A stretch of DNA of 64,000 nucleotides from the NCBI GenBank assembly GCA_977017575.1, contig CDRNVI010000003.1, positions 248,001-312,000 of the forward strand. Reading direction: 5' to 3'. Shown here one piece after another: positions 53,867 to 62,431 of this stretch. This DNA is from Paramoeba atlantica (taxonomy: Eukaryota > Protista > Discosea). Both the position numbers and the translations under genes were made by a program. Positions within the stretch are counted from its first letter, which is position 1. Every line of letters begins with the position of its first letter. Under the pieces are notes generated by a model that did no database searches, was not told the DNA's origin, and was given only the letters and a program-made list of their open reading frames with translations.

Positions 53867-54661
53867 TTAAAAAAGTACTCCACGAGGCACATCCCCAGAA
53901 GGGACATGCTCTGTAAAATTATTATTTCCAAGATAAACCTTTAGAATACGTGGATCTTGACGAGAACCTCTTCTAATTTTCGCCCGACGCGGATATTGGC
54001 CGTACTTGCTAAGATCCCCTGAGTTCCTTTCGTGCATCCAACGGAGATCCACTGTTCCAAAAAATCTATTGTCTTGCAGACTGAGTCGACGAAGCGTTTT
54101 TGGGAGTACCTCCGTCAATTCGATTTTACCAGTCAACAAGTTCGACGAAAGATCGAGAAACTTCATATTTATGGGCAACGCGCTCAGATCAATAGTCCCA
54201 TCGAATTGATTCTCCGACAAATTCAGTTCTTCCATATCTGGAGGAAGCGAGCTTAACACAATGGGCCCATCGAGATGGTTCTTTCGGACATCCAAACTTT
54301 GCAGCTCTGAGGGGAGAAATGCAAGATCAATACCACCTCTGAGCTTTTGATCAGCAGCAGTTACACTTCGTACGGTTCGGGGAAGATGAACCCACGAAAG
54401 ATTACCTTCCATGGTATAGTGAGGTAGATAACACCAGCTCAGGATGCGTACTATTTGATTTTTATCACAAATTGTTCCTTTCCATGTGCAGGGCGAGACA
54501 TTTAATGTGCGCAAGAAGTTACGTTCTGTCAATCGCCATGTTGGATGGCGACTTTTCAAATTTTCCGTGAATTGCCATAGCGCAACTTCTTGGGGAAGAA
54601 GAGATGCATCGACGCGCCCGCGGCGTAGATCAGTTTGATCGTCGAGACCGTGTATCAACAT
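53867..54661 (-). CDS. Small LRR protein (member 9)
   Basis: RRGRVDASLLPQE lead, cap PCTWKGTICD, LRRs. Confidence 0.9.
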   Translation of the reverse strand: MLIHGLDDQTDLRRGRVDASLLPQEVALWQFTENLKSRHPTWRLTERNFLRTLNVSPCTWKGTICDKNQIVRILSWCYLPHYTMEGNLSWVHLPRTVRSVTAADQKLRGGIDLAFLPSELQSLDVRKNHLDGPIVLSSLPPDMEELNLSENQFDGTIDLSALPINMKFLDLSSNLLTGKIELTEVLPKTLRRLSLQDNRFFGTVDLRWMHERNSGDLSKYGQYPRRAKIRRGSRQDPRILKVYLGNNNFTEHVPSGDVPRGVLF

Positions 54662-54989
54662 TTTAAACTTTTAAATTAAATTAAATTAAATGTATTTATA
54701 TGCGATAATTATACACATATCGCAAAAGTTTACAACATTTTTCCTATCTCCGTGAATCATAACATTTTCCCTTTCTTGTGAACGTATTCTACAAGCGAGA
54801 GTGAACGCATTCCACAATTTCTTTTTTCCCACAAGCGTTTCTACGAGATATTTTGAAAAGAAATGTGAAATAATTACTTCAAAAAAAAGAAAAGAAAGGA
54901 ACACCTTGCTAGGGAGAATTTTTGAACTACACTATCATTCTACTGAATGACATCCCGTACCATTAGAATAGAACCGCCTGCGCAGTTTG

Positions 54990-55090
54990 GGCATTGACTG
55001 GAGTATATAGCCGTGTACCTCGATAGCTACAAACAGCTCGATAGCTACATAGACCGTTATGTCTGGTTGCATAGAGAACATCTGGAGGAG
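54990..55090 (+). pseudogene. Possible Merlin transposase C-terminal remnant
   Basis: TGVYSRVPR*LQ and LDSYIDRYVWLHR resemble the IS1595/Merlin C-terminal GVYHxVSxKHLQxYLDE motif. CTCGATAGCTACA is duplicated. Confidence 0.35.
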
Positions 55091-55097
55091 GAAATTA

Positions 55098-55440
55098 CCG
55101 TATCCCCCTCCTCGAGAAATAGATTCGGCTTCGGGCCCGAATCTACGTTACTGGGGGGATTATTTTTTTCTGTTACTGTCCCTCCCGTTTAAGCGCACCT
55201 CGTTTTCCGTGAAAAGTGCGCTTAAACGGGGGGTCTGACCGGGTGCGCTTAAGGGGAGGGGGGACGGTATTTGTTTTTCGGCTTTTCAGAATGGAATGCT
55301 CTTACTAAATCATCCATCCTCACCCGTCCAACCACCCCTGACCGCTCAGCCTCCACAGCCGTCCACTCTCCCGAGCCAAATCTCTGTTATTGGGGATCAG
55401 CTGAAAAAGGGTCAAATCTCTGTTACTGGGGGGTCTACGG
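55098..55440. mobile_element. MITE (343 bp) containing a nested 92-bp pogo MITE at 55176-55267
   Basis: Outer: CCGTATCCCCC / GGGGGGTCTACGG with TA flanks and AATCT..GTTA(C/T)TGGGG repeats. Inner: CTGTCCCTCCCGTTTAAGCGCAC / GTGCGCTTAAGGGGAGGGGGGACGG with TA flanks, similar to the pogo TIR. Confidence 0.75.
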
Positions 55441-55500
55441 TAAATGTTTTAACGTCCTCTCAAATTCAAATGTGGTTCACTAGGAAGAAATCAATGTGAA

Positions 55501-57816
55501 TTATGAATCTCTATGACATGCACCGGATCGAAGCTTTTCCATAACCGTTTGATATTCCACATGAACCCCATGCTTGTATTTTGAAAATCGTTGTCGCATA
55601 AAATCATTCAATGAAAAAGAAAGACCTACGCTAAAAGAAGAAGCCGCCCAAAGAAGAGGGGCACCCCTATACAAGCCCCTCCACAAACCATCAATATGAT
55701 AGTTATAGCGTATTGTATGACGCATGTCAGATAGTACGTGCGATGACAAGTATGCAGGATAAAAGGATACTTGCTGGCGTCGAGATAGAATATGTATAGG
55801 ATGTGTGAGAGCTTGTGCAAGAAAAGCACTGCACGTTCCCACAAAAAGCCTCAAATTAAAGGTTGGCGTTTCATCCGAGATACCGAATTTTTTTTTTCCC
55901 GACCGATAAAGCCAGAAGGTGATCCCCGTATACGGCGCAATGCCTAACAAAGTTGGACGTAGTCCGACGAACAGCGAACGTCCCCCTTCTTCACGCACTG
56001 TACGGCGCAGCGCAGACCACAGACTGGCGTACCGCGGATGATGACCTATGTGAGCCGCTGTACGTGAACGTATCACGTCAATCGGATATGTGATTAGCGT
56101 TGCGGTTACTCCAGCAAGTGCCCCAGCCACCAGCGCCGTCTCAGGGTGGCTCGGGTGGCAAAACATAATGCGAGGAAGTCGCTGAGAGTAGATATCAAAG
56201 AACGTGTAAACGAGGGCAGCGTACGGAATGACACGCACGAGAGAGGCGGCGGTACCTCTCCAAAGAGCGAGGACTCCAGCATTTTGTGTAATGTTACGCG
56301 CACTCCTACACAGCTGCGTGGCAGTTGGCGCATGTTGTGAATGTATCTGGTGTAAAATTTTAAGGCGTTCGAACGGAGAAAGCGCCAGTTTTGCAAAGAA
56401 TCCGGCAAATGCACCGCACAGCAGCGATTCCAGTACGGTGAGACCTACAGACGACCCTTCCTGATAGAGGCTAGAACTAGTTTCCATGTCGTGCACGTGG
56501 TAATCTCGAATGCGCCTCCTGGCAAGGTCATTGACAACGAGCCCCGTGCCAGTAGAGATCGGACCTTTGATCCAATTCATACTCAAACCTTTGAAAAACC
56601 CACGAACGCCTTCGCGCCAGTAGATGTGACGTGCGGCCTGGGCCATCGTCGAGTATTGAGGTTCAAGAGGAGATACCTGTCGGCGTCTACGCAGAACGTC
56701 GAGAGGATACGTTACACTTTGCGCCACTCCACTGCTAAATCCGCCCAGCAGCAACAGTTGCCACGGAGAAAGTAAGTCTTCACTGGGGTAACTCATCCGT
56801 GTCGAGACTTGTTCTTTAAGAGAGCCGTACAACAGGAAACTCATCCCGGCGTAGGGCACCACGCCTGCCAGGGTCGGTAGCAATCCGCAATATAGACCTT
56901 TGATACCATGAATATGTGCTGTACTCCTGAAAGCAGTCCAGTACGAATCGTAGCATACTTCAGATGAGTGCGCTCCCTTGTTTAAAAAAGTAACAACCTT
57001 CTTTGGAATGGAAAGACGATCAACTGAATTAGACGTTGCACGGGTATTCGATAACGTCTGAGAATAAACTGCCATTCTCGCGCGCATCATATCCAGTGGG
57101 TAAGCGAGCAACACACAAGAAACGGCTGCACTCGCTCCAGCAAGAAACCTTGCAAAATTGTCGCCCAAACCAAGAGACTGCGTTCGAAATAGTTGAAAAT
57201 AGCTATCATACGTCATGTATGTAATGGCACCTTTCGGGGCTACCAGAGCGAGCGTTGCACAGTTCCCTTTCCATAGGGCGGACCATCCTTCAACCGAAAC
57301 CACTCGCATTGCGACACGAGCAGCGGCACGTAAAGAATATTTTAACTCTGGTTGCACTTGAAACAATATTTTGATACGATCAGCGGGTGCAACAAGTGTT
57401 TTTCCTACTACTCCAGCAAGTGCCCCACATAAGAGTCCTTCCACTATCGAAAGCTCGAATGGAATCGAGTGCAAGTCGCGCTGGTTACTATACTTCTCAG
57501 AAGTGCTTTCTGATACAGATGAAGTAGGGAATAAGGTTTTATGAGACGCATGTGACTGACCCCAAGGTGACACAATCGTCGATGCCCCTGCGTAGCCTGT
57601 CATCCAAAACGGAAACAACGAAAAGAGAAGCGGAAAAGGAAAGAGTTCCCCTCCTCTCAAGATACTCTCACATTGTGTAAGCGTCAAAGCACCATCCTCA
57701 TCTGTGTCCCACTTTCGTAGTGCATCCTCTAGAACATTAGTGCTTTGGTGAAGGAATGGCGACAATGTATGAGCGACATGAGAAATTGGTATTGTAACGG
57801 GGTCGCTAGAAAGCAT
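55501..57816 (-). CDS. Double-length mitochondrial carrier (SLC25, CoA/Grave-type-like) with N-terminal EF-hand-like loop
   Basis: Six Px(D/E)xx(K/R) signatures (PADRIK, PLDMMR, PLDVLR, PFERLK, PIDVIR, PIHILS) form two carrier units. DTDEDGALT near the N-terminus. Confidence 0.9.
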   Translation of the reverse strand: MLSSDPVTIPISHVAHTLSPFLHQSTNVLEDALRKWDTDEDGALTLTQCESILRGGELFPFPLLFSLFPFWMTGYAGASTIVSPWGQSHASHKTLFPTSSVSESTSEKYSNQRDLHSIPFELSIVEGLLCGALAGVVGKTLVAPADRIKILFQVQPELKYSLRAAARVAMRVVSVEGWSALWKGNCATLALVAPKGAITYMTYDSYFQLFRTQSLGLGDNFARFLAGASAAVSCVLLAYPLDMMRARMAVYSQTLSNTRATSNSVDRLSIPKKVVTFLNKGAHSSEVCYDSYWTAFRSTAHIHGIKGLYCGLLPTLAGVVPYAGMSFLLYGSLKEQVSTRMSYPSEDLLSPWQLLLLGGFSSGVAQSVTYPLDVLRRRRQVSPLEPQYSTMAQAARHIYWREGVRGFFKGLSMNWIKGPISTGTGLVVNDLARRRIRDYHVHDMETSSSLYQEGSSVGLTVLESLLCGAFAGFFAKLALSPFERLKILHQIHSQHAPTATQLCRSARNITQNAGVLALWRGTAASLVRVIPYAALVYTFFDIYSQRLPRIMFCHPSHPETALVAGALAGVTATLITYPIDVIRSRTAAHIGHHPRYASLWSALRRTVREEGGRSLFVGLRPTLLGIAPYTGITFWLYRSGKKKFGISDETPTFNLRLFVGTCSAFLAQALTHPIHILSRRQQVSFYPAYLSSHVLSDMRHTIRYNYHIDGLWRGLYRGAPLLWAASSFSVGLSFSLNDFMRQRFSKYKHGVHVEYQTVMEKLRSGACHRDS

Positions 57817-58117
57817 TTTCTTTGCATGCGAAACGTTCTGCTTTCCAAGCTTCTTGTCAAGTCATATGGAATCGCAATTTTGGATTGCAGTCAAGTGCGC
57901 AAGTTAACATCCAAGGAATATAAGAACTGGATACATAGAAACAAACGATTGCCTTGATCCACAAAGTACCAGTAAAAGATTGTGTTTATTTAAATCAGAG
58001 AACACCATAATAGTGCTTAATATTCAGAATGTACGTATTGCGCTTCCTTACAATAATATTAAAATCGTTACAAGCGAACCGAACTACTCTAATAAGAACT
58101 CTAAAAAATGTTTTGAT

Positions 58118-59428
58118 TCAATCACAAGTCTTCAATCCATCCACATGATAATCTCCATCGTAATACAGAGGATAATCCGATGATTCCACCTTACCTGATT
58201 CGTCATTCATCGTATTACTGTCTGCTGTATTACCTGTTTGGGATGGAACACCATGAGCAGTAATACTGTAGAGATCCACGAAACAATCAACGTGGCAGAC
58301 GCCATCCTTTTTCCTCAGATTGGGCTTTCGAAATAGGTTATGTTTCTTACCCAACGAAATATGAAGCCCGCGTTGTCTTTCAAACGCGTTAGGCTCGGAC
58401 ACAACTTTGTTTCTTCCTAGAAAAGGATTAAGACCTACACCAAATTCGCGCACCAAGACTTCTCCCTTCTCCGTGGCGTGTATCATTTCCAGCACCTTCC
58501 GCAACTCCTGTGGAAGCCCGCTCTTCTCCCCCACCAGACTCCCGACATCCGCAACCCTACCCCTCTCGATACGCAACTTAATCGGTTCCTTAAACGTCTG
58601 TATCACTTTTTCCACCGTCGGAAAACCCCAAATCTGTACCTCCCCCGACACCTCCTCCAAGCAAACACTTTCCGAAATCACCTCACCTACAGGAAAAGCA
58701 CCCCCCATCGGGTTTTCCTTTTTCCCTTCTCCCCCCTCCCCCTCCCCCTCCCCCCCATACCACCCAATATTCAGCAACGGCCGCTCCATCCTCCCCCGAT
58801 ACCGCAGCACACTCTCCCCGTCCCGCCCACTCCGCACCGACACCCCCCCGACACACGCCCCCAGCACGCGCTGTAGCCCCAGCGCCTCCGGTCGGGCTCT
58901 CTTTGGGGAGAACCCCAGCGCGCGGGCGTAGCACTCACACTCCTCATAGTTTTTTAGCGAAGACAGGTGGGCGTGCTCGACGACTCTCAAGCCGTAGTCG
59001 AACAGCATCAGCCGTAGCCGGTAGGCTTTGAGGTAATACTGGAAGGCGTGGGACTGGATGAGGACTACGGCGTCGCGGGGCTTGAGAAGGGATCTTAGGG
59101 TTTGCTCGAGGAAGGCGTGGAGGGGGGAGGGGCCCCGGGGAGGGGGCTTGGTGAGCGTCGTTGGGGTCGTCGCAAAGGGGGGGGTGTCGGGGTCGGGGCC
59201 GGGGGAGAGGTAGGGGGTGCAGTCGATGGGTCGGGCGGCACAGGCTGTGGTGTAGGCGTGGGTGAGGGCACGGGACATGGGGGAGAGGGTGTCGTGGAGG
59301 AGGAGGAGGGTGGGGGAGGTGGGGGAGGAAGGGGAGGGGAGGTGGAGGGCTTGGTGGATAACGACCCGGGTGGTGGTGAGGAGGATGGAGGAGAGGGTGG
59401 TGGGGGTGGTGGGGGAGGGGGTGGACAT
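58118..59428 (-). CDS. Aminopeptidase T/M29-like metallopeptidase
   Basis: FPVGEVISE, REFGVGLNP, ERQRGLHISLG, HVDCFVD. N-terminal half is compositionally distorted (P/T/L-rich, then G/E/V-rich). Confidence 0.7.
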   Translation of the reverse strand: MSTPSPTTPTTLSSILLTTTRVVIHQALHLPSPSSPTSPTLLLLHDTLSPMSRALTHAYTTACAARPIDCTPYLSPGPDPDTPPFATTPTTLTKPPPRGPSPLHAFLEQTLRSLLKPRDAVVLIQSHAFQYYLKAYRLRLMLFDYGLRVVEHAHLSSLKNYEECECYARALGFSPKRARPEALGLQRVLGACVGGVSVRSGRDGESVLRYRGRMERPLLNIGWYGGEGEGEGGEGKKENPMGGAFPVGEVISESVCLEEVSGEVQIWGFPTVEKVIQTFKEPIKLRIERGRVADVGSLVGEKSGLPQELRKVLEMIHATEKGEVLVREFGVGLNPFLGRNKVVSEPNAFERQRGLHISLGKKHNLFRKPNLRKKDGVCHVDCFVDLYSITAHGVPSQTGNTADSNTMNDESGKVESSDYPLYYDGDYHVDGLKTCD

Positions 59429-59570
59429 GGAAGAAGGAGAGGAGGGGGTGAGGGGAGGGAAGGAGGAAAAGTGAGGAAGGAAAGGAAGGGAAAGGAGAAA
59501 AGTGGAGGTCGGAGAGGGGATAGGGATGGGGAAGATTTTGTAAAGAATAGGGATGGAGAGAAAATTTGGA
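59429..59570 (-). promoter_or_regulatory. Long polypyrimidine tract upstream of the peptidase ATG
   Basis: About 140 nt almost entirely C/T on the minus strand, running up to the ATG. Confidence 0.55.
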
Positions 59571-59855
59571 AGAAAAGAATGAATCGCGCAAATAAGGTGG
59601 TTCTGCTAAAAATGACGCTAAAAGATTTAGTTGAGTCAAAAAGGGTGTCATACCTTCTACCGCGATGTAATTTGCAGATCGTTGCTGGTGTTTGGAAAGG
59701 TTGCTAGAAAAACGAGAAAGTGCGAAAACCCAGTGGAATTGTTATGGTACAACCTCCCATTTGACTCAAAAAGCACATAATGTAGAGCAATTCAAGAAAC
59801 TCATACTATTTTATCGAAGCAAAGACGTTGCATCGTTTTCGGAAATAAATAATGA

Positions 59856-62294
59856 TCACGTCGCGGCATTAAATCCACCCAACACGTTGTCAAGCAACAC
59901 ACCACCTACCTTTCCGTGACGGGTTACAGGCGCGAATACAACAGAAATAATGGCCATGAGTTTAATCAAAATATTCAGCGAAGGACCGCTGGTGTCCTTT
60001 AGTGGATCCCCCACTGTGTCCCCTACCACAGCCGCGGCATGAACGGCACTTCCTTTATGTACACCCGGAATCCCACCGGACTCAATATACTTCTTTGCGT
60101 TGTCCCAGGCTCCTCCGGTGTTGCTACTGGAAATGGCAAGCTGCAACCCACAGAGCAACGCCCCGGGGAGTAACCCTGCCAGCGCTTCCTTACCCAACAA
60201 AATACCCACCAGGATGGGTGAAAGAATCACCAAAAGGCCGGGGGCGATCATTTTTTGCAACGCCGCTACAGTGGCAATTTCAACGCACTTGTTGTAGTTC
60301 GGCTGCGTGCTGCCTTCCATAAGTCCCGGAATCTCCAGAAACTGTCGGCGAATTTCCCCCACCATACGCATCGCGGCCCCACCCACACTTTGGATGGTTA
60401 GCGCGCTGAACCAGAACGGAAGCGCGGAGCCCAGCAGTAGCCCACACATCACACGAGGATCAATAATCTGAATCTGCAGCGCGGAGACTCCGCCGTCGGG
60501 ATTACGAGCGACTTGGGTGAGATAGGCACCGTAGAGCGCGAGCGAGACCAGCGCGGCACTGCTGATGGCAAATCCCTTTCCAATCGCCGCGGTGGTATTC
60601 CCCGCGGCATCCAATGCATCAGTCACCTCCCGGATGTCTTTGCCCATTTCTGCCATCTCCGCAATTCCGCCTGCGTTGTCAGAGATCGGGCCATAGGCGT
60701 CGATGGTGAGCCCAATCGACATGGTGGACAGAATCCCCAACGCGGCGAGAGCGAAACCGTAGAGCAGGCATAAGTTGTAACTGACATACACCGTGATCGC
60801 GATACAGACCGTGGGAATCAGCACGGAGAGGTAACCTAACGCTAGGCCATAGATCACGTTGGTAGCCGCCCCTGTCTTGCATGATTTCGCCACCGCACGT
60901 ACGGGACCGTGGCTGTGGGAGGTGTAGTAGTAGGTCGTGTAGCCGATGATGAGCCCGGTCCACAGACCCGTCATAACACAGATGTACGCCTGCCACCACG
61001 TACACAGCTTGGGTTCCGCGGTGAAGACGTGGTGAACATGAAATTCAGCCGGGAGACAAACGTAGGTGAGCGCAAAAATGGCGAACGAATTGAGAATGGT
61101 GGGAAGCCCAAGTTGTATCGCAAGAGCGGGCTCCACGCTCTTTTTACCGCGTACAGTACACCATACTGAGGCCAGGTTAGACGTCAGCATACACACAAGA
61201 ATCCCAGCAGCTGTAATCACCAGTGGGTATAACATACTTCCCAGCGACGCCGTGAGCTCGGGACTGGTACTTGCTACCACAAACGCGGCACAACTTGCCT
61301 CCCCAAAGGACCCAAACAGATCGGAGCCCATCCCGGCAATGTCGCCCACGTTGTCACCGATACAGTCCGCAATCACCCCAGGATTTCGTGGGTCATCTTC
61401 TGGAATCCCCGCCTCCACCTTGCCCACTAAATCCGCACCCACATCCGCGGCCTTGGTGTAGATACCACCGCCGACACGGCCAAAGCAGGCCACGGCGCTG
61501 CCTCCGAGTCCAAAGGCTGCGACAGCCTCATAGGCATTCACGGGGTCTCGAAAGATTGCACTCCCAATCACAGCATTTAGGAAAAGCATAAACAGTCCCA
61601 TCGAGGTGAGACAGAAGCCCATCGTCAGTCCCCCACGGAATGCAGTCTGGAAGGCGCTGCGGTACTGCCGGTGTGTCTTCCCCTCGGAGACCCCCACGGT
61701 GGCTTGTAGTGCGGTCCGGGCATTGGTGAAGACTGCAATCCGCATTCCGATCCACCCTGCTAGGATGGAGGTGACACTGCCGAGCAGGAAGGAGAACAGA
61801 CTAAACGCCGCGACCCCCCAGTAGTTAGGCCCCGTGACGCCGAGGAGGATGAACAGCAACAAACCGAAGGACCCAATAAAAATCGCCATGTAGCGGTACT
61901 CGGCCATAAGGAATGTGTTAGCACCTTCACTGATGGCGTGAGCAATGAGAATCGTTCGCTCCAACACCTCTCGCGTAACGACATTAACGTCAAATCCGGT
62001 TGTGTGTGTCTCTCCGTTCGCATCTGGACGATCCCCGAGTTGAACTTTCTTTGAGAGGTACCACCACCAAAATATCCCAAACGCAAACCCAACAAGTGAG
62101 GTTAGTACGATAAAGGAACATGCACCAGCGGCACCCATGGCACTGTGTGCAATATAACTAGGGTTGCTGGGCAACGTATCCATCTCTACAGGAACGGTTT
62201 GATTGGCTTCCTCCGCACAGCTTACTAGAAAGGATAATTGGTAGAAGCAAGCTATCACAGCGTAGGGCGTGAGAACAAGAGATCTATGTAACAT
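59856..62294 (-). CDS. Vacuolar-type H+-translocating pyrophosphatase (K+-stimulated type, acidocalcisome VP1-like)
   Basis: GGGIYTKAADVGADLVGKVE, DCIGDNVGD, DAYGPISDNAGG, GNTTAAIGKG (Ala at the K+-dependence position), GGAWDNAKK, DPLKDTSGP. Confidence 0.96.
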   Translation of the reverse strand: MLHRSLVLTPYAVIACFYQLSFLVSCAEEANQTVPVEMDTLPSNPSYIAHSAMGAAGACSFIVLTSLVGFAFGIFWWWYLSKKVQLGDRPDANGETHTTGFDVNVVTREVLERTILIAHAISEGANTFLMAEYRYMAIFIGSFGLLLFILLGVTGPNYWGVAAFSLFSFLLGSVTSILAGWIGMRIAVFTNARTALQATVGVSEGKTHRQYRSAFQTAFRGGLTMGFCLTSMGLFMLFLNAVIGSAIFRDPVNAYEAVAAFGLGGSAVACFGRVGGGIYTKAADVGADLVGKVEAGIPEDDPRNPGVIADCIGDNVGDIAGMGSDLFGSFGEASCAAFVVASTSPELTASLGSMLYPLVITAAGILVCMLTSNLASVWCTVRGKKSVEPALAIQLGLPTILNSFAIFALTYVCLPAEFHVHHVFTAEPKLCTWWQAYICVMTGLWTGLIIGYTTYYYTSHSHGPVRAVAKSCKTGAATNVIYGLALGYLSVLIPTVCIAITVYVSYNLCLLYGFALAALGILSTMSIGLTIDAYGPISDNAGGIAEMAEMGKDIREVTDALDAAGNTTAAIGKGFAISSAALVSLALYGAYLTQVARNPDGGVSALQIQIIDPRVMCGLLLGSALPFWFSALTIQSVGGAAMRMVGEIRRQFLEIPGLMEGSTQPNYNKCVEIATVAALQKMIAPGLLVILSPILVGILLGKEALAGLLPGALLCGLQLAISSSNTGGAWDNAKKYIESGGIPGVHKGSAVHAAAVVGDTVGDPLKDTSGPSLNILIKLMAIISVVFAPVTRHGKVGGVLLDNVLGGFNAAT

Positions 62295-62431
62295 GCTAAT
62301 ATTAAAGTTAAAAAAAGTGTTTAAATTTGCATATGAAAAGGTTGCAATCGTCAGAAAAGCGTTACAATTCCTTATGGTACTTATAAGTTCGAATCATGGT
62401 AGAATACACCTGTCGAAAAGACAGCAAGATA

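Noticed and set aside
58407-59707. Plus-strand ORFs 58407-58931 and 59102-59707 and minus ORF 58944-59651
   Set aside because: Low-complexity shadow frames caused by stop-poor G/C-run sequence over the peptidase gene.
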